Below, piece by piece: positions 31,290 to 53,873 of a stretch of DNA of 64,000 nucleotides; within the stretch, counting starts at the first letter, position 1; each line of letters opens with the position of its first letter. The notes beneath the pieces were generated by a model, which had not been told where the DNA came from, made no database searches, and was given only the letters and a program-made list of their open reading frames with translations. The stretch lies in assembly GCA_964035545.1 (NCBI GenBank), contig OZ037768.1:15979875-16043874 (forward strand), written 5' to 3'. The translations under genes and the position numbers were made by a program. This DNA comes from Bugula neritina (lineage: Eukaryota > Animalia > Bryozoa).

Positions 31290-33479
31290 TTCCCGGTCTC
31301 TATTGAAAGAAAAAAGCCTGCCCACTGCGTGCCCTTGTTGCCTTTCAGCTGTTAACATATTCCTGCTGTAGCTTACACTTGCTATAGTGGTTAGCTTAAT
31401 GAGAAGAGTCATCTATGTAATGGCAAGTGTGAGTGATGGTTGCTCAACTTATACCTTGTGGATAAAAAGAAGTTTAAAGGACAAAACAGTTCTTCAGCAA
31501 ATAGCAAAGCAACATATTAAACCCATCAGCTCAAGCTAAGAAGTACAACTTTAAAAACCATTTAAACAAATCAAGGTGACACGTATAGCAAATATACTTA
31601 CTGTGGAAAAGAAAGTACTATTTATCAGTTTAAACATTTGAATCTACCATGGCAATTACTTGTTGGAACTTCTGAGACTGCAGATAAGTTTTGACATTAA
31701 AAGACATTTGTAACAAAGAGATGACCACGGTATGTCATGAGTTGAAGTTATCACATAATATTCATTAACCATTATATTGACATTAACTGAAAGTACATAC
31801 ATCAGAGATATAGCTCAGTTAGCTAAATCTATCAGGTGAATGAGAGACTTTTCAACTTGCATCCACAACAAGAGAATTAAATTTGATCGTTACAAAATAT
31901 GGGATTAACAACTTCAAAAAATTAGTTTCTTTAGCTTCAGGTGGAGGAGGTCATGGGATCGTTGCTGGCATATAATATATGTAACTTTATAACGGATGTT
32001 GTAGTACATTGCATTGTGTAAACCAGGAAAACTGGAGTGTCACTGTTGTCATCACTCTACTGAGGTTGAGATTGTAGACTGCATACTCTCCTAAGAATAA
32101 AACCATGCACGGCAAATTGCAAAGCTTTCTAAGACAGTGAGTGCGAAGTTGTTAGTATTTTAGAGAGATTTACTGGCCTAGCAAAGCCTTTATCTTTTAA
32201 TACTTTTGAGTTTTACTAAATACAATATTTTTATTTATGAAGCTGAATGGGAAGGAGATGCACGAAATATCATTTAATTGTTGAACTCCCTATAACATCT
32301 CAGGAGGCTGATCTCACTAAATCTCAAGCTCTAACGCAAAACGCAAGAATTAATCAACTACTTTTGAATGTAATGTTTCATAAGAAGATAATACTATTAT
32401 TCTACAGAAAAAATGAATCTGCTGGACTATTATTAATCTCAAACAGAAAATACAACTTGGAGCGTTTGCCAAAAAGGCAGTATAAATAGCTGCACTTGGC
32501 ATATTGTTCTCAAAGGTAATATGTCTAAAAAATTACAAACTGAGAAGTACAATTGGATTAACCAGCAGTCACAGTACACAGCTAGAGTTATAGCTTAGTT
32601 TAGACAAATTTAGTGCTACTATATATATTATACATGCAACACATATTTATATTTATTTTAACTTTGTTGCCAACTGTATATTATTATATTATAACTGAAT
32701 ATCAGCTATTGTCATAATAAAGACATATAATACAATGATGAGAATAGGGCAATGTCTACAATTTATTTCTTAGCAATTATTATCTTAGCAAATAGATTAA
32801 TAACATTAACTGGAGCAATAGGATTTTCTGTTGAGTTGTGTTCTCTTAAAATGAGTATGTTTATAGACCATTACTAATCTCTTAAGATGCTGGTTATTGC
32901 AAGTACATTATGTGGTGCCTATTAAATGTAGTACTAGCTTTTCTCGAGCTGCTTACAGAAAGTATGCATAAAAGCTAAGTTTCAGTACTCTTGAAGACAA
33001 CTTGTGACTGCGGAGTGTAGATAGGTACTGCACCTCATTGCTTGAATGCTTCTCAGTTGGTACTTTCAGTTCTAACCGGTCATGGGTGATGCCTTGCTTT
33101 TCTCTTCACCTACAAACATTAAAACTGCTGCAAACTCAAATAGCTAAGTATAGCAAATCACGCATTGGCTTCACCATTGAAATGTTTAGCTTTTATGCAG
33201 CTATGCTTTGATGAGTTTTGTGTCACTAGTGCTGAGTTGCCCGTCTATCACTTTTTTTCAATTGCTGTGAATATTTATTAAGAGCAGATGTAGATAAAAT
33301 CACTCCTTAAACCACTTGCATATGGCATACAAATATATCATTTTATAGATAAATACTGTACGGCATCACGAGGCATAAGCAGTGTTTCTTTCATTGTGTA
33401 ATATAGTCCAGTACCTAATTCTTAATTGAACCAGCAAGAATACAATTCATTCTAAGTTTTGACATTACTCATTAGTTTC

Positions 33480-34050
33480 ATTCTTCCAACTACTTTATAT
33501 TGCGTCATACCTATTTACAATAATTACAATTATCAAGCATTTTTACAACAAAAATAAATCATGAATTCTGTTTATTTATGACGTAATGATAGCAAACAAT
33601 TATAGCCCATTAAGGCTCTGCATAATATTTCAGGGTCACGAATTCACACGCGTGAAAAATTAAAGTAGCTTGGAGTTGCTTACTCATATGGTAGTCAATT
33701 TATTTGTTCTAAACTCTAAAGCATGTTAGCTTATTTACTTTTCTTAAAACTTTAATGTAAATCAAAATTTAAAAAATAATCAAAGTTTTTGCATAAACGC
33801 AAAATTATCTAGAAGCAACTAAGTCAGTTTTACTCACTAACATTTTTCTTTGCGGAGGCAAAGTTACGGAAAATAACGGCTTATGCCGAAAAATATTCTG
33901 CAGATAATATTTAGAGGTTCCCTGCTCCAAAAATAGATCAGTTGTGGAAATTTTTATCTAGCCGTTCATTACATTTACTGGACAGTAGAAATAAAAATAG
34001 AACTGCAGTAGACTAGTCACATCGACTGCGAATTATCCAAGATATTGAGG
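33480..34050 (+). promoter_or_regulatory. Probable MEF2 promoter and non-coding first exon with MEF2-like sites
   Basis: Local CpG enrichment, CRE-like ATGACGTAAT (about 33578), MADS/MEF2-type CCAAAAATAG (33927-33936) and ATAAAAATAG (33991-34000), and candidate donor GAG|GTATAA at 34050. The first MEF2 coding exon begins at an acceptor (42105-42106), so an upstream exon or a trans-spliced leader is implied. Confidence 0.4.
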
Positions 34051-34129
34051 TATAACGATTTAACGTGTAAGCGCAGCTAACTTAATTAACTTTAACTTTA
34101 AGCTATTAGCCATTACTATTAGGCTCAGT

Positions 34130-35460
34130 TTGAGTTAATATAACTATAACTATAAGTATAACTATAACTTATAAGTAATACTAATAGTATAAATTACAAT
34201 AACTATAAGTATAAGTTTAACTTTAAGGTTAACTAAGAATTATTAACTTATATTTAATATATAACTAATACTATAAAATAAGGTTACTAATTTAGTTTTA
34301 GTATTACTATTACTATTAGTATTAGTAATACTATTAGTATTACTATTAGTATAGGTATTATAATTATAATTAGTATTACGTGTACTATTACTATACTTAG
34401 TATTACTATTAGTAATTACTATTACTATTACTATTAGTATTACTATTACTATTAAATTTAATATAAATATTAATATTATTATAATTATTAATTAATTCAT
34501 TTGCTTGTAGTTGACTTGATACTCACACTTGTTTAGTTGCTACGCCTACTGCGTTAGTAATACTAATAGTAATAGTAATAGCTGTTAATACTACTAGTAG
34601 TAGTAGTACTACTACCAGTAGTAGCACTAAAACTATAACAGTACTAGAAGCTAAGAAATAAAATTAAATATAATAGTAATACTAATACTAATAGTTGAAC
34701 TACAACTACAACTTGAACTACTCAGCAACTAGTAGTACTACTACTAGACTTCACAGTGACACTACAAAATCAAATGCAATAGCTAATAAGTATAACCAAA
34801 AAACTATAACTTATAACTTGCAAGTATAACACTAGTAGTAGTACTATTGTACCAGTATCAGTATAACTATGAGTACGATAGCATTAACTGTAAGTATTTA
34901 GTATTAATTTCTTTAATTAGCTTCCAAGTATGAGATTACCTTTAGGTAGCTCATTTCCATTTTATTACTATTGGTTTTACTTTTATTATATACTTCAACT
35001 ACAAGGTTTAATGGAACTACTATTACTATTACTAATACTAAATATAATCATTACACTTGCAGTTAAAGTAGTACGGGTAGTGGTACTACTACTTAGTCTA
35101 CTACTACTACTCACTACATCTCCATCATAATTGAAGTGGTAATACTAATAGTTGCAGACAGACATTTCAGCTCTTAATCTTACAAGTTATAAGTCTTGGT
35201 CAGTTATGCCACTATGCGGTATGAGTATAATAATAAAAATGTAGGTCTACTAGTACTTGGTATTTGGTAGTTATACTATTCATTTTCTTACTATCACTAT
35301 CCTTGTTCAGTATTACTAAATGTTAATGTAATACTCAGTCAGCCAGTGTTGTTAATCAGTTAGCAATAGTAAGAATTATACTACAGTACAAGTACATTTA
35401 TAGCTAAGCTTGATAGTAATACTAATATTAATGCTAATAGCAACAATATTAGTGATGTAA
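34130..35460. repeat. Low-complexity (TAG/TAC/TAT/TAA)n tract
   Basis: Degenerate trinucleotide and hexamer repeats such as agtattactattagtatt and ctactagtagtagtagtactactac. Confidence 0.8.
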
Positions 35461-36280
35461 TTCCAGTCTAATGGACTAAATAAACGATGGTTAGACTTAG
35501 AGGCTAACAGTAATTGACTGCTGAACTGTAATATTGATTACAATATAATTATTAATAGTTATAAATATATTAATGATTATAATAATAAATGTATAATATT
35601 TGTATTATGAATAGTAACTATTTTTAATAAATTATGTTGTAAATATTACTTAAATTATTATCAACTCTTATTTTATTTAAATTTATTATTAAAATTATTG
35701 AATGAAAGTGAACATATGACTACATAGTGTGAAAAACACTCTTAATACAATTTTAAGTTGAATTTCTATTCAATTTAAATGGGGAATTGACGGTAGAATA
35801 GAAATCATTAGAATATCCAAATAATGTGTTGAAGTATTATTATATCTATAAGTAACTATGACTATTTTTATCAAATTGAGATTCCATATAACTGGTTCAA
35901 TGTAAGAGAGAGTGGTAACTTAATTTTAGCCTTATCTTTCTAACCTCATCATGCTCAAAGTGTTTTACTTTTATCTCGCTTATTGCTTGTTGTGTGTCTT
36001 TTAACATCGGCTTTTTGTGATGGTTTTTTTTATAGTTGCAGCCATGCTTTTAGTTATATTATTTGATATAAGTTATGTAATTTTCTATGTTGTAAAAAAT
36101 AAATACCAAATATTATAAATCATGATTACCATGCTTCAACATAAATATTGAAGGTATTTTATAGTTGGATATAATCTCAATAAAATTGTTCAATTGGTGA
36201 TAACTTTTTACACTGGCCACAGTCCTTGATTAATTTAATAAAGGGTGTGGGTGATTTCAAGCTTTGATTCTAACCGTAGG

Positions 36281-36567
36281 TGTTATGTTTTGTGATTCGC
36301 TGTGGTAATATGAAATTGAAGTAGCTGTGTAGTGTATGTCTGTATTAATAAAGCACTAGCAGGCAACTGGCTAACAAGTAAAACAGGAATAAGTAAATGC
36401 AATGACAACTATTCATGTGGTAGTAATAATAAAATAACAGTTTACATAAGGATGAATGACAAACCACAAATAAGAATATGAGTGTATATAATGGTAAACA
36501 AATATTTTACAGCACTAAGCTGCTAGTCAGGTTATGCCATTGTAAGACTATCTATAAGTATGCATCA
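36281..36567 (-). repeat. 3' LTR (287 bp)
   Basis: TGTTATG...TGCATCA on the plus strand; direct repeat of 40680-40966. Confidence 0.97.
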
Positions 36568-36579
36568 CTCCTCCCACAC
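36568..36579 (-). other. Polypurine tract
   Basis: GTGTGGGAGGAG on the minus strand, immediately before the 3' LTR. Confidence 0.8.
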
Positions 36580-36582
36580 AAT

Positions 36583-39500
36583 TCATGGCTCATATCTTTC
36601 AGGAGCTTTTCTTATGCGTTGTGGATATCTTCTAGTGGTGGGATACTGGCCATGCTCAGATGTTGGCTCAGCAGCTATGCTCTCATCATTTGGCATACTT
36701 TCAGTTGCAAGTCGAATTTGCAGTTGGTTACAATGTCTCTTCCAGATTCCTCTATCAGTGTCTACTAAGAATATTGTGTTGCCAACTCTACGAATTATTT
36801 TACCGGGCACCCACTTTGGTCCAGATGAGTAATTACGGGCATATATGAGTGAATTGACTGCAAACTGGGATGATGTGTTGTTGTTACTTTTTGTTTGGTA
36901 ATTGTGATTGTTGGAGGGGTTAATTAGAGACAGCAGGCAGCGTGGTTGACGGCCATGTAAGACTTCAGCTGGTGTTTTCCATTCTAGAGCAGGGTGTGGC
37001 AGAGATCTGTATGTAGCAAGTGTTAGTCTAACACTGTCTGTGAGAGGCACTCCTCCCACACAATTCTTTTCAACTGATTTTTTGAAAGTCTGTACGAAAC
37101 GTTCAGCCTCACCATTTGATGGCGGATGATGTGGTGGAGATGTGATATGGCTGATGCCATGCTGTTTACAAAATGCCTCAAAATCACTTGAGGTGAATTG
37201 TGGGCCATTATCAGTGACCACAGTGTTAGGAAGTCCCTCCAGGCTGAAAATGTCTTTAAGGACTTGAATAGTCTGCTTGGCAGATGTTCGTCCAATTTCC
37301 ATTTTCCCCATGTACGGAAACTTGGAGTGGGCATCAATGCATATGAGCCACATTTTGTCTTTGAATGGCCCAGCAAAATCAAGATGAATACGTTCCCATG
37401 GGTGTTCAGTTTTAGGCCATTCAGTGAAGCACTGTGTTGGTGCAGCCGAGAGTTGTTTACAAACGTCGCAAGCTTTTGTGAGTTTTTCAATGTCTGCATT
37501 CAAAGAGCTCCACCATACATAGCGCCTAGCCAGCTGTTTAACTTTAACTACACCCCAGTGAGATGAGTGCAGGGTTTCTAGAACTTTAGTTTGCAGGGCT
37601 TTTGGTACTACCACTCTTGAGTTTGTGTCTCTTTGTAGGAGTACGATATTATCATGAAGGACAAGAGACTCCCTTTGTGCCCAGAGTAGTTGTAACTCTG
37701 GCTCAGCAGGTTTGTTGTTAGGCCAGCCCTCATGAATCCATGTGACAACTTTCTGAAGAGTATCATCATTCTGAGTTGCTCTTTTTATCTGCATTGAATC
37801 TAATGGAAACGTATGAATTTCTTCCCGTATTGTGTGTGATACTTCCATATCTTCTTGATGCTCTGCAGCATCAAATTGCTCATCAATACCTAGTGGTAGC
37901 CGTGAAAGGGCATCCGCATTACCATGCTTAGAAGTTTTTTTGTAGGCAATGTCATACTGGAAAGCCATTAGTGTTAATGCCCAACGCTGGAGTCGTTGAG
38001 CTGTTGTAGAAGGGATATTTTTTTGCGGTGAGAAAATACTCACAAGAGGCTCATGGTCTGTTATTAAGATAAATTTTCGGCCATAAAGGTATTGACGAAA
38101 TTTTGTTAGACCGTAAATTATTGAAAGTGCTTCTCGTTCAATCTGAGAATACTTCTTTTGGGTCTCTGTCAGAGTTTTGGAGCTGTAGGCAATAGGAGTT
38201 TCATTACCGTCAGCATCTTGTTGTGAGAGAACTGCACCAACGCCATAAGAGGAAGCATCAGTTGCAAGCACAAGGGTTTGTGACTCGTCGTAGTGTGACA
38301 GATTAGTAGCATTAATGACGTCTTCCTTAAGCTCTGTAAATGCTTGTTGGCAACCATTTGTCCATGCGAAAGAAACTCCATCTTTGAGGAGATTGTACAA
38401 GGGAGCTGCTTTGTCAGCCAGATTTGATATAAATCGGCCATAGTAGGTGATTTTTCCAAGAAAAGCTTTCAATTGTTGAATGTCTTGAGGTATAGGCAGT
38501 TGTTTTAGTGCAGCGATGGATGACTCTGAGGGCCTCTTGCCTTCTTTGTCAATGACATGGCCCAGGTATTCCACTGAAGTTTTAAAGAATTCGCATTTGT
38601 CCAATCTTAAGCGAAAACCATGCTCTTGTAACTTTGCCAGCAGCCTGTTAAGGTTTGCCCAATGTTCATCTACTGTGCTACCAGTGATGATGAGGTCATC
38701 AAGGTATGCAGCTACACCAGGAAGCTCTACGGTGAGAGAGTCCATGCATCGCTGAAATTGTGCAGGACTTGATGCGATGCCAAAACACATTCGATTGTAT
38801 CTATATAAACCAAATGGCGTATTAATCACACACAATTTCTTGGCTTCGTCATCTAACTCTAACTGAAGGTATGCATCAGCCAGGTCCAGTTTTGAAAAGT
38901 AAACACCACCTCGCAGCTTTTCCATCAAGTCATCAAGTTTTGGTAATGGGTGCTGATCTATTGATATACGCTGGTTTAGCTGCTTAAAATCACCACAAAC
39001 TCGAACTTTTCCTGACGGCTTTGAAACTACCACAATAGGTGCTGCCCAGTCACTAAAATTTATTTGCTCGAGAACGCCTTCTGAAACTAATCGATCAAGC
39101 TCAGCCCTAGTAGCCTGTCGGGTTGAATATGGTATATTACGTGGTTTAGAGAAAGCTGGTTGTGCATCTGGTTTAGTGTGGATTGAAACTTTTAGTGATT
39201 TGCAGCGTCCAATGCCTGGTTTGAATACATCTGAGTAGCGTTTTTTAATGGTTGTAATGTCTGATGTCGGAAGATAGTCATTGGTGGGTTTCTTGGAATT
39301 AGTATGTATTGTTTGGACTATAGCGGATAACCCTTGCTGTGAAAGACCAAAAGCGTCACTCCAGTCAAGGCCAAAAAGGTTTGATCCTTCATTTGAATCA
39401 ACAACTAGAAGTCTTAGTTTTTCTTTTACAGTTTGCGCCAGTTGTACATCAACAAAACATTGACCCTTGACCTTTAGCGAGGAATTTCCATATGCATGTA

Positions 39501-40644
39501 GTGTAGTGTCAGTAGGCTCACAGGGGGGAGACCCTAGTTGTTTATAGCCTACTAAACCAACCATTGAGCAAGTGGCTCCTGTATCCCATTGAAATTTAGC
39601 TTGTTTTCCATTGACCAAAGCATTCAGCCATATTTGTTTACCTTTACGCTCATACATGCTATTAGCTTTTTCAATCACTTGGTAAATGGTGCTGGTAGTT
39701 TCATCAATTACATTGCTTGAATTGGATGCATTAGTGGGTTTCGATTGGCACACGGAACTAATGTGTCCTATGCGCTGACACATATTACATTTTTTATTTC
39801 TATGAGGGCATTGTTTCCTGTCATGCTGTGTAAAACATTGTGGGCAAGATTTAAGTTTAGTTATCTTACCAGAATCTGGGTTGTCGCTGCTGTCATAATG
39901 TTTTGTGGGTTTGCGTCTGTCTTTATAGGAGGCAGACATCTGGTGCGTAGTCACCTCTGCCAGTTCACCTTTGAGTACTTTATCTGTCTCAGCAGTAGTT
40001 ATGAAAGTATTAGCTTTCTTTAGAACATCGTCTAGACTGGGATCGGTTTCTAGTAAACAGAGCCTGCGTACATCAGCGTGTGGTGTTTCTTTAATGATGA
40101 CATCTCTTATTTGTTCATCAACATAAGCTTCACCACAGCCGGTTTTCTTGCATATAAAATTGCAGTTGCGAGCAATTCCGCGTAGGTCAGCTGCCCAATC
40201 TGAGTATGATTGTTTTGGCTTCATCTTGCAATTATAGAATTCGTATCTAGCTGCCTGCACATGCTTCTTCTCCACAAAGTGTTCACTGAGTTTTGCAGTG
40301 AGCTCATTTAACGATTTAGAAGTTATGTCCTCTTGTCCAAAAAGTTTGGTGAGAAGTTCATATGTTTCTGAGCCAACCCATGAGAGCAGGCAAGCTCGCT
40401 GTTGAGTTGCATCTGTTACCTGATAAACAGTGAAGTGTTGCTTAAGACGTTGTAAATATTGAGCCCAGGACTCCTTCTCTCTGTCATAAATTTCAAATCT
40501 AGGAATAGTGACGGACACTGTTGTAGCAACAGGTTGTGTGTTACTAGTTTTAGCTAAATGTCCAAGCATTGTATTAAATTGTTCCATCTGAAGCTTCTGT
40601 TGCGCTTGCATTGCAGCTATCAGTCCAGCTAGCTGTTCCTCCAT
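36583..40644 (-). CDS. Gag-Pol polyprotein, 1353 aa (Gag, two zinc knuckles, aspartic protease, RT, RNase H, integrase)
   Basis: CPQCFTQHDRKQC and CNMCQRIGHISSVC knuckles, WDTGA protease, WAAPIVVV/FSKLDL/YLDD RT, TDAS/YSQIEREAL RNase H, HSSH...CDVC zinc finger, HLDFAG/TDNGPQF/SNGEAERFV integrase. The PR-RT-RH-IN order is Gypsy-type. Confidence 0.98.
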   Translation of the reverse strand: MEEQLAGLIAAMQAQQKLQMEQFNTMLGHLAKTSNTQPVATTVSVTIPRFEIYDREKESWAQYLQRLKQHFTVYQVTDATQQRACLLSWVGSETYELLTKLFGQEDITSKSLNELTAKLSEHFVEKKHVQAARYEFYNCKMKPKQSYSDWAADLRGIARNCNFICKKTGCGEAYVDEQIRDVIIKETPHADVRRLCLLETDPSLDDVLKKANTFITTAETDKVLKGELAEVTTHQMSASYKDRRKPTKHYDSSDNPDSGKITKLKSCPQCFTQHDRKQCPHRNKKCNMCQRIGHISSVCQSKPTNASNSSNVIDETTSTIYQVIEKANSMYERKGKQIWLNALVNGKQAKFQWDTGATCSMVGLVGYKQLGSPPCEPTDTTLHAYGNSSLKVKGQCFVDVQLAQTVKEKLRLLVVDSNEGSNLFGLDWSDAFGLSQQGLSAIVQTIHTNSKKPTNDYLPTSDITTIKKRYSDVFKPGIGRCKSLKVSIHTKPDAQPAFSKPRNIPYSTRQATRAELDRLVSEGVLEQINFSDWAAPIVVVSKPSGKVRVCGDFKQLNQRISIDQHPLPKLDDLMEKLRGGVYFSKLDLADAYLQLELDDEAKKLCVINTPFGLYRYNRMCFGIASSPAQFQRCMDSLTVELPGVAAYLDDLIITGSTVDEHWANLNRLLAKLQEHGFRLRLDKCEFFKTSVEYLGHVIDKEGKRPSESSIAALKQLPIPQDIQQLKAFLGKITYYGRFISNLADKAAPLYNLLKDGVSFAWTNGCQQAFTELKEDVINATNLSHYDESQTLVLATDASSYGVGAVLSQQDADGNETPIAYSSKTLTETQKKYSQIEREALSIIYGLTKFRQYLYGRKFILITDHEPLVSIFSPQKNIPSTTAQRLQRWALTLMAFQYDIAYKKTSKHGNADALSRLPLGIDEQFDAAEHQEDMEVSHTIREEIHTFPLDSMQIKRATQNDDTLQKVVTWIHEGWPNNKPAEPELQLLWAQRESLVLHDNIVLLQRDTNSRVVVPKALQTKVLETLHSSHWGVVKVKQLARRYVWWSSLNADIEKLTKACDVCKQLSAAPTQCFTEWPKTEHPWERIHLDFAGPFKDKMWLICIDAHSKFPYMGKMEIGRTSAKQTIQVLKDIFSLEGLPNTVVTDNGPQFTSSDFEAFCKQHGISHITSPPHHPPSNGEAERFVQTFKKSVEKNCVGGVPLTDSVRLTLATYRSLPHPALEWKTPAEVLHGRQPRCLLSLINPSNNHNYQTKSNNNTSSQFAVNSLIYARNYSSGPKWVPGKIIRRVGNTIFLVDTDRGIWKRHCNQLQIRLATESMPNDESIAAEPTSEHGQYPTTRRYPQRIRKAPERYEP

Positions 40645-40659
40645 ATTATCAGCTATGGT

Positions 40660-40677
40660 ATCCCACTCCTGACACCA
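40660..40677 (-). other. Primer-binding site complementary to the tRNA-Leu 3' end
   Basis: TGGTGTCAGGAGTGGGAT lies 2 nt after the 5' LTR and complements the ATCCCACTCCTGACACCA end recalled for tRNA-Leu(CAG). Confidence 0.85.
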
Positions 40678-40679
40678 AC

Positions 40680-40966
40680 TGTTATGTTTTGTGATTCGCT
40701 GTGGTAATATGAAATTGAAGTAGCTGTGTAGTGTATGTCTGTATTAATAAAGCACTAGCAGGCAACTGGCTAACAAGTAAAACAGGAATAAGTAAATGCA
40801 ATGACAACTATTCATGTGGTAGTAATAATAAAATAACAGTTTACATAAGGATGAATGACAAACCACAAATAAGAATATGAGTGTATATAATGGTAAACAA
40901 ATATTTTACAGCACTAAGCTGCTAGTCAGGTTATGCCATTGTAAGACTATCTATAAGTATGCATCA
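40680..40966 (-). repeat. 5' LTR (287 bp)
   Basis: Direct repeat of 36281-36567, adjacent to the PBS. Confidence 0.97.
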
Positions 40967-42127
40967 GTAGGCTATAGAATAAATGATTTGCAGTATGGTT
41001 ATGTAGTGCTGCATTTAATATTTGGTAATTTCTTTTTTTATAAATTAGCTGATTTCTTATATAATATTACTGACATCGGAATTTAGTGTGTCACAGGTAT
41101 TAGGCTAGTTATATTGATTATGTGTCACATTGAAATCCTGTAGATATAAGTTAATACAATGCTTGTTGCTCTCTTAAAACTGCAAAATCTGGGGTTGACT
41201 CATATGTTTTGGGTGTAAACAAATTTGCCTTTGCAAAGTATCTGGCAAGGTATTTCTCAATGGTTTGCACCAGTATTGTTCTACATCTTTGAAACCACTT
41301 TTGAGCGTTATTCTAGCCTATTAGTATCATGCATGATGTAACACATTTAAATTATAATTCCTTGAGTCTAGTGGTTTTTCTCAATTTCTAAATATTGAAA
41401 AGAAATAAAATGACAGCAAGTTATGAGTTGAGGGATCCTACATTTGACATGTACAACTTTCGTATAGACTATAGTACTTAGCTTATTTATAACATATTAT
41501 ATACATTTTGATGAATATTATTGTTTTCTGTAAAGTACAGTTTATTCATATTATATACTTAACTTATCTTTCATTTAGATTGTCTGTAAAATAATTAAAA
41601 AAACTTTCTAGCTAATAAATTATAATTTCCAAATTAGTAAAACATTGACTCACAAGACATAATATCCAGTTTTATCGGCCACTCTTGAAATGTGGTAAAC
41701 ATTTGATGTTCTTTGATCAAGCTTTTAGGTTATCATTCCAGAACAATCTATTGACAGAATTGACAGTAGATTTCAGCATCAGTTACTTTATAATAAATTT
41801 TAAACAATTGCCAATTATCACCTGTTTGTCACCATTGTAGGCTGTTGATCATCTAGCTGTAAATGGAAGTGAAATCAACTGTTATGTTGTAGTCAATTTG
41901 GATGCATAAACTAGCAAAATAGCATTTTCTGTGGTTTTAAATTGTCAGTTCAACATATTTTTGGTAAATAAACTTAGTAAGACTTAGACAATTTTTTACT
42001 GCTTTTTTATCAGTTAATGGTAAGTTTCACGTATTTTGTGTTACTCATTATATAAAAATAAGATGTTGGAGTAGGTAATTTAATACATGATGTTATTGTT
42101 GTATAGATTAGCCTAAGAAGCTGCACT

Positions 42128-52745
<10,618 letters not shown>

Positions 52746-53873
52746 CTATCACCATATTTCTAAGCAGTAAAGAAAACATATGATTTATATCTAAAAAAAG
52801 AGTTTTAGCAATAAGAGGAAGAGCTGGTGAAAATTAGAGGCTAGTGTTTAAAATCCTAATTCAAGTTGGATCTATTCCAGTAGTACAACTTGTACATATT
52901 TATATTTTTATAACAATCTGCTGAATGGGTTTCTACAGATGTTATACAATATTACTAGAGTCATTTTATATGCCTTTATCATAGTATTATTTTGTAAATT
53001 TATAGATTTTTTGCAAATTGTTGCTCTAGTCTGTGCCTTACCTTGCTTTAGGTAATGAGAGCAACTAGATCTCTTGCTTGTATTGTAGGAATTGTTTAAC
53101 ATTCATTCAAAATGTTACATATGTTGTAATTCTAAGTCCCTGCTAATTTTGCATATACGTTATATATGTAATCATATAATTATGCATATGTTATAATATA
53201 TTAATGTTAATTTTTATGCACTAAGTTCATCTCAAAGCCTATTTTCTGTTAATTGTGGAGATCACTGCTTTCTATTGAGTATTGTACTGACAATATGGTC
53301 TATGGTTTTACAGTAATATTGTATAATTTTTATTGAGTTTGCACCACTTTGCCATCTCCGAGAGAGATGTTTATAACATTTACCAGTTGCAGTCACCTGA
53401 CAACCAAATCAAAATTATACTGCTCTAAATATTAAGAGACATTGAAGCATTGCATTAATATATGTACATGTAGATCATAGCTATTTTCATGATGTGTAAA
53501 ATAATGTTTTCAATGTGTGAAAAATTGATATATTCAATTAGATAAAAGTTCTATTATTTTTCACCTGTGCCAGAATTTTGTTATGGATATATTACTTTAT
53601 ATAACAATACATTTATATAATAATCAACCCATTTTTATTTATTGTATGTGGTAACTGGTATAGCAGACCTAACCAGTGATTTCTCTCAAACTCAGTTTTG
53701 TTTTATTAACTGAACTACTCTTAATTATAACATTACCATGTCAGTCAAGCTAATAAGACTAAAAACTATACAAATAATATGGACCATAAATATCAGAAAC
53801 TCCCATTGTACCTACCAACACATTTCACTATAATTAATTTCAATGTCTAAAAACAGTTATATACAAAATCTGT

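Larger units (their letters stand above)
36281..40966 (-). mobile_element. Full-length Ty3/Gypsy LTR retrotransposon (Mag-like clade), 4686 bp
   Basis: 287-bp TG...CA LTRs at 36281-36567 and 40680-40966, identical by eye. 5-bp TSD GTAGG (36276-36280 and 40967-40971). PBS, PPT and an uninterrupted gag-pol ORF are present. Confidence 0.98.

Noticed and set aside
32481-32520. TATAAATAG box plus AAG|GTAAT donor as an alternative MEF2 first exon
   Set aside because: The implied exon would be only a few nucleotides long, and both motifs are common in AT-rich DNA. Unsupported without transcript data.
34930-35130. Hydrophobic Leu-rich 66-aa ORF
   Set aside because: Encoded by (CTA/TTA)n low-complexity sequence with no splice or homology support.
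36478-40023. Multiple short ORFs overlapping the retrotransposon, possibly env or antisense genes
   Set aside because: Shadow frames of gag-pol. There is no room for env, because the PPT follows the pol stop directly.
40660-40677. tRNA-Leu gene
   Set aside because: Only the 18-nt 3' end including CCA is present, so it is the retroelement PBS.
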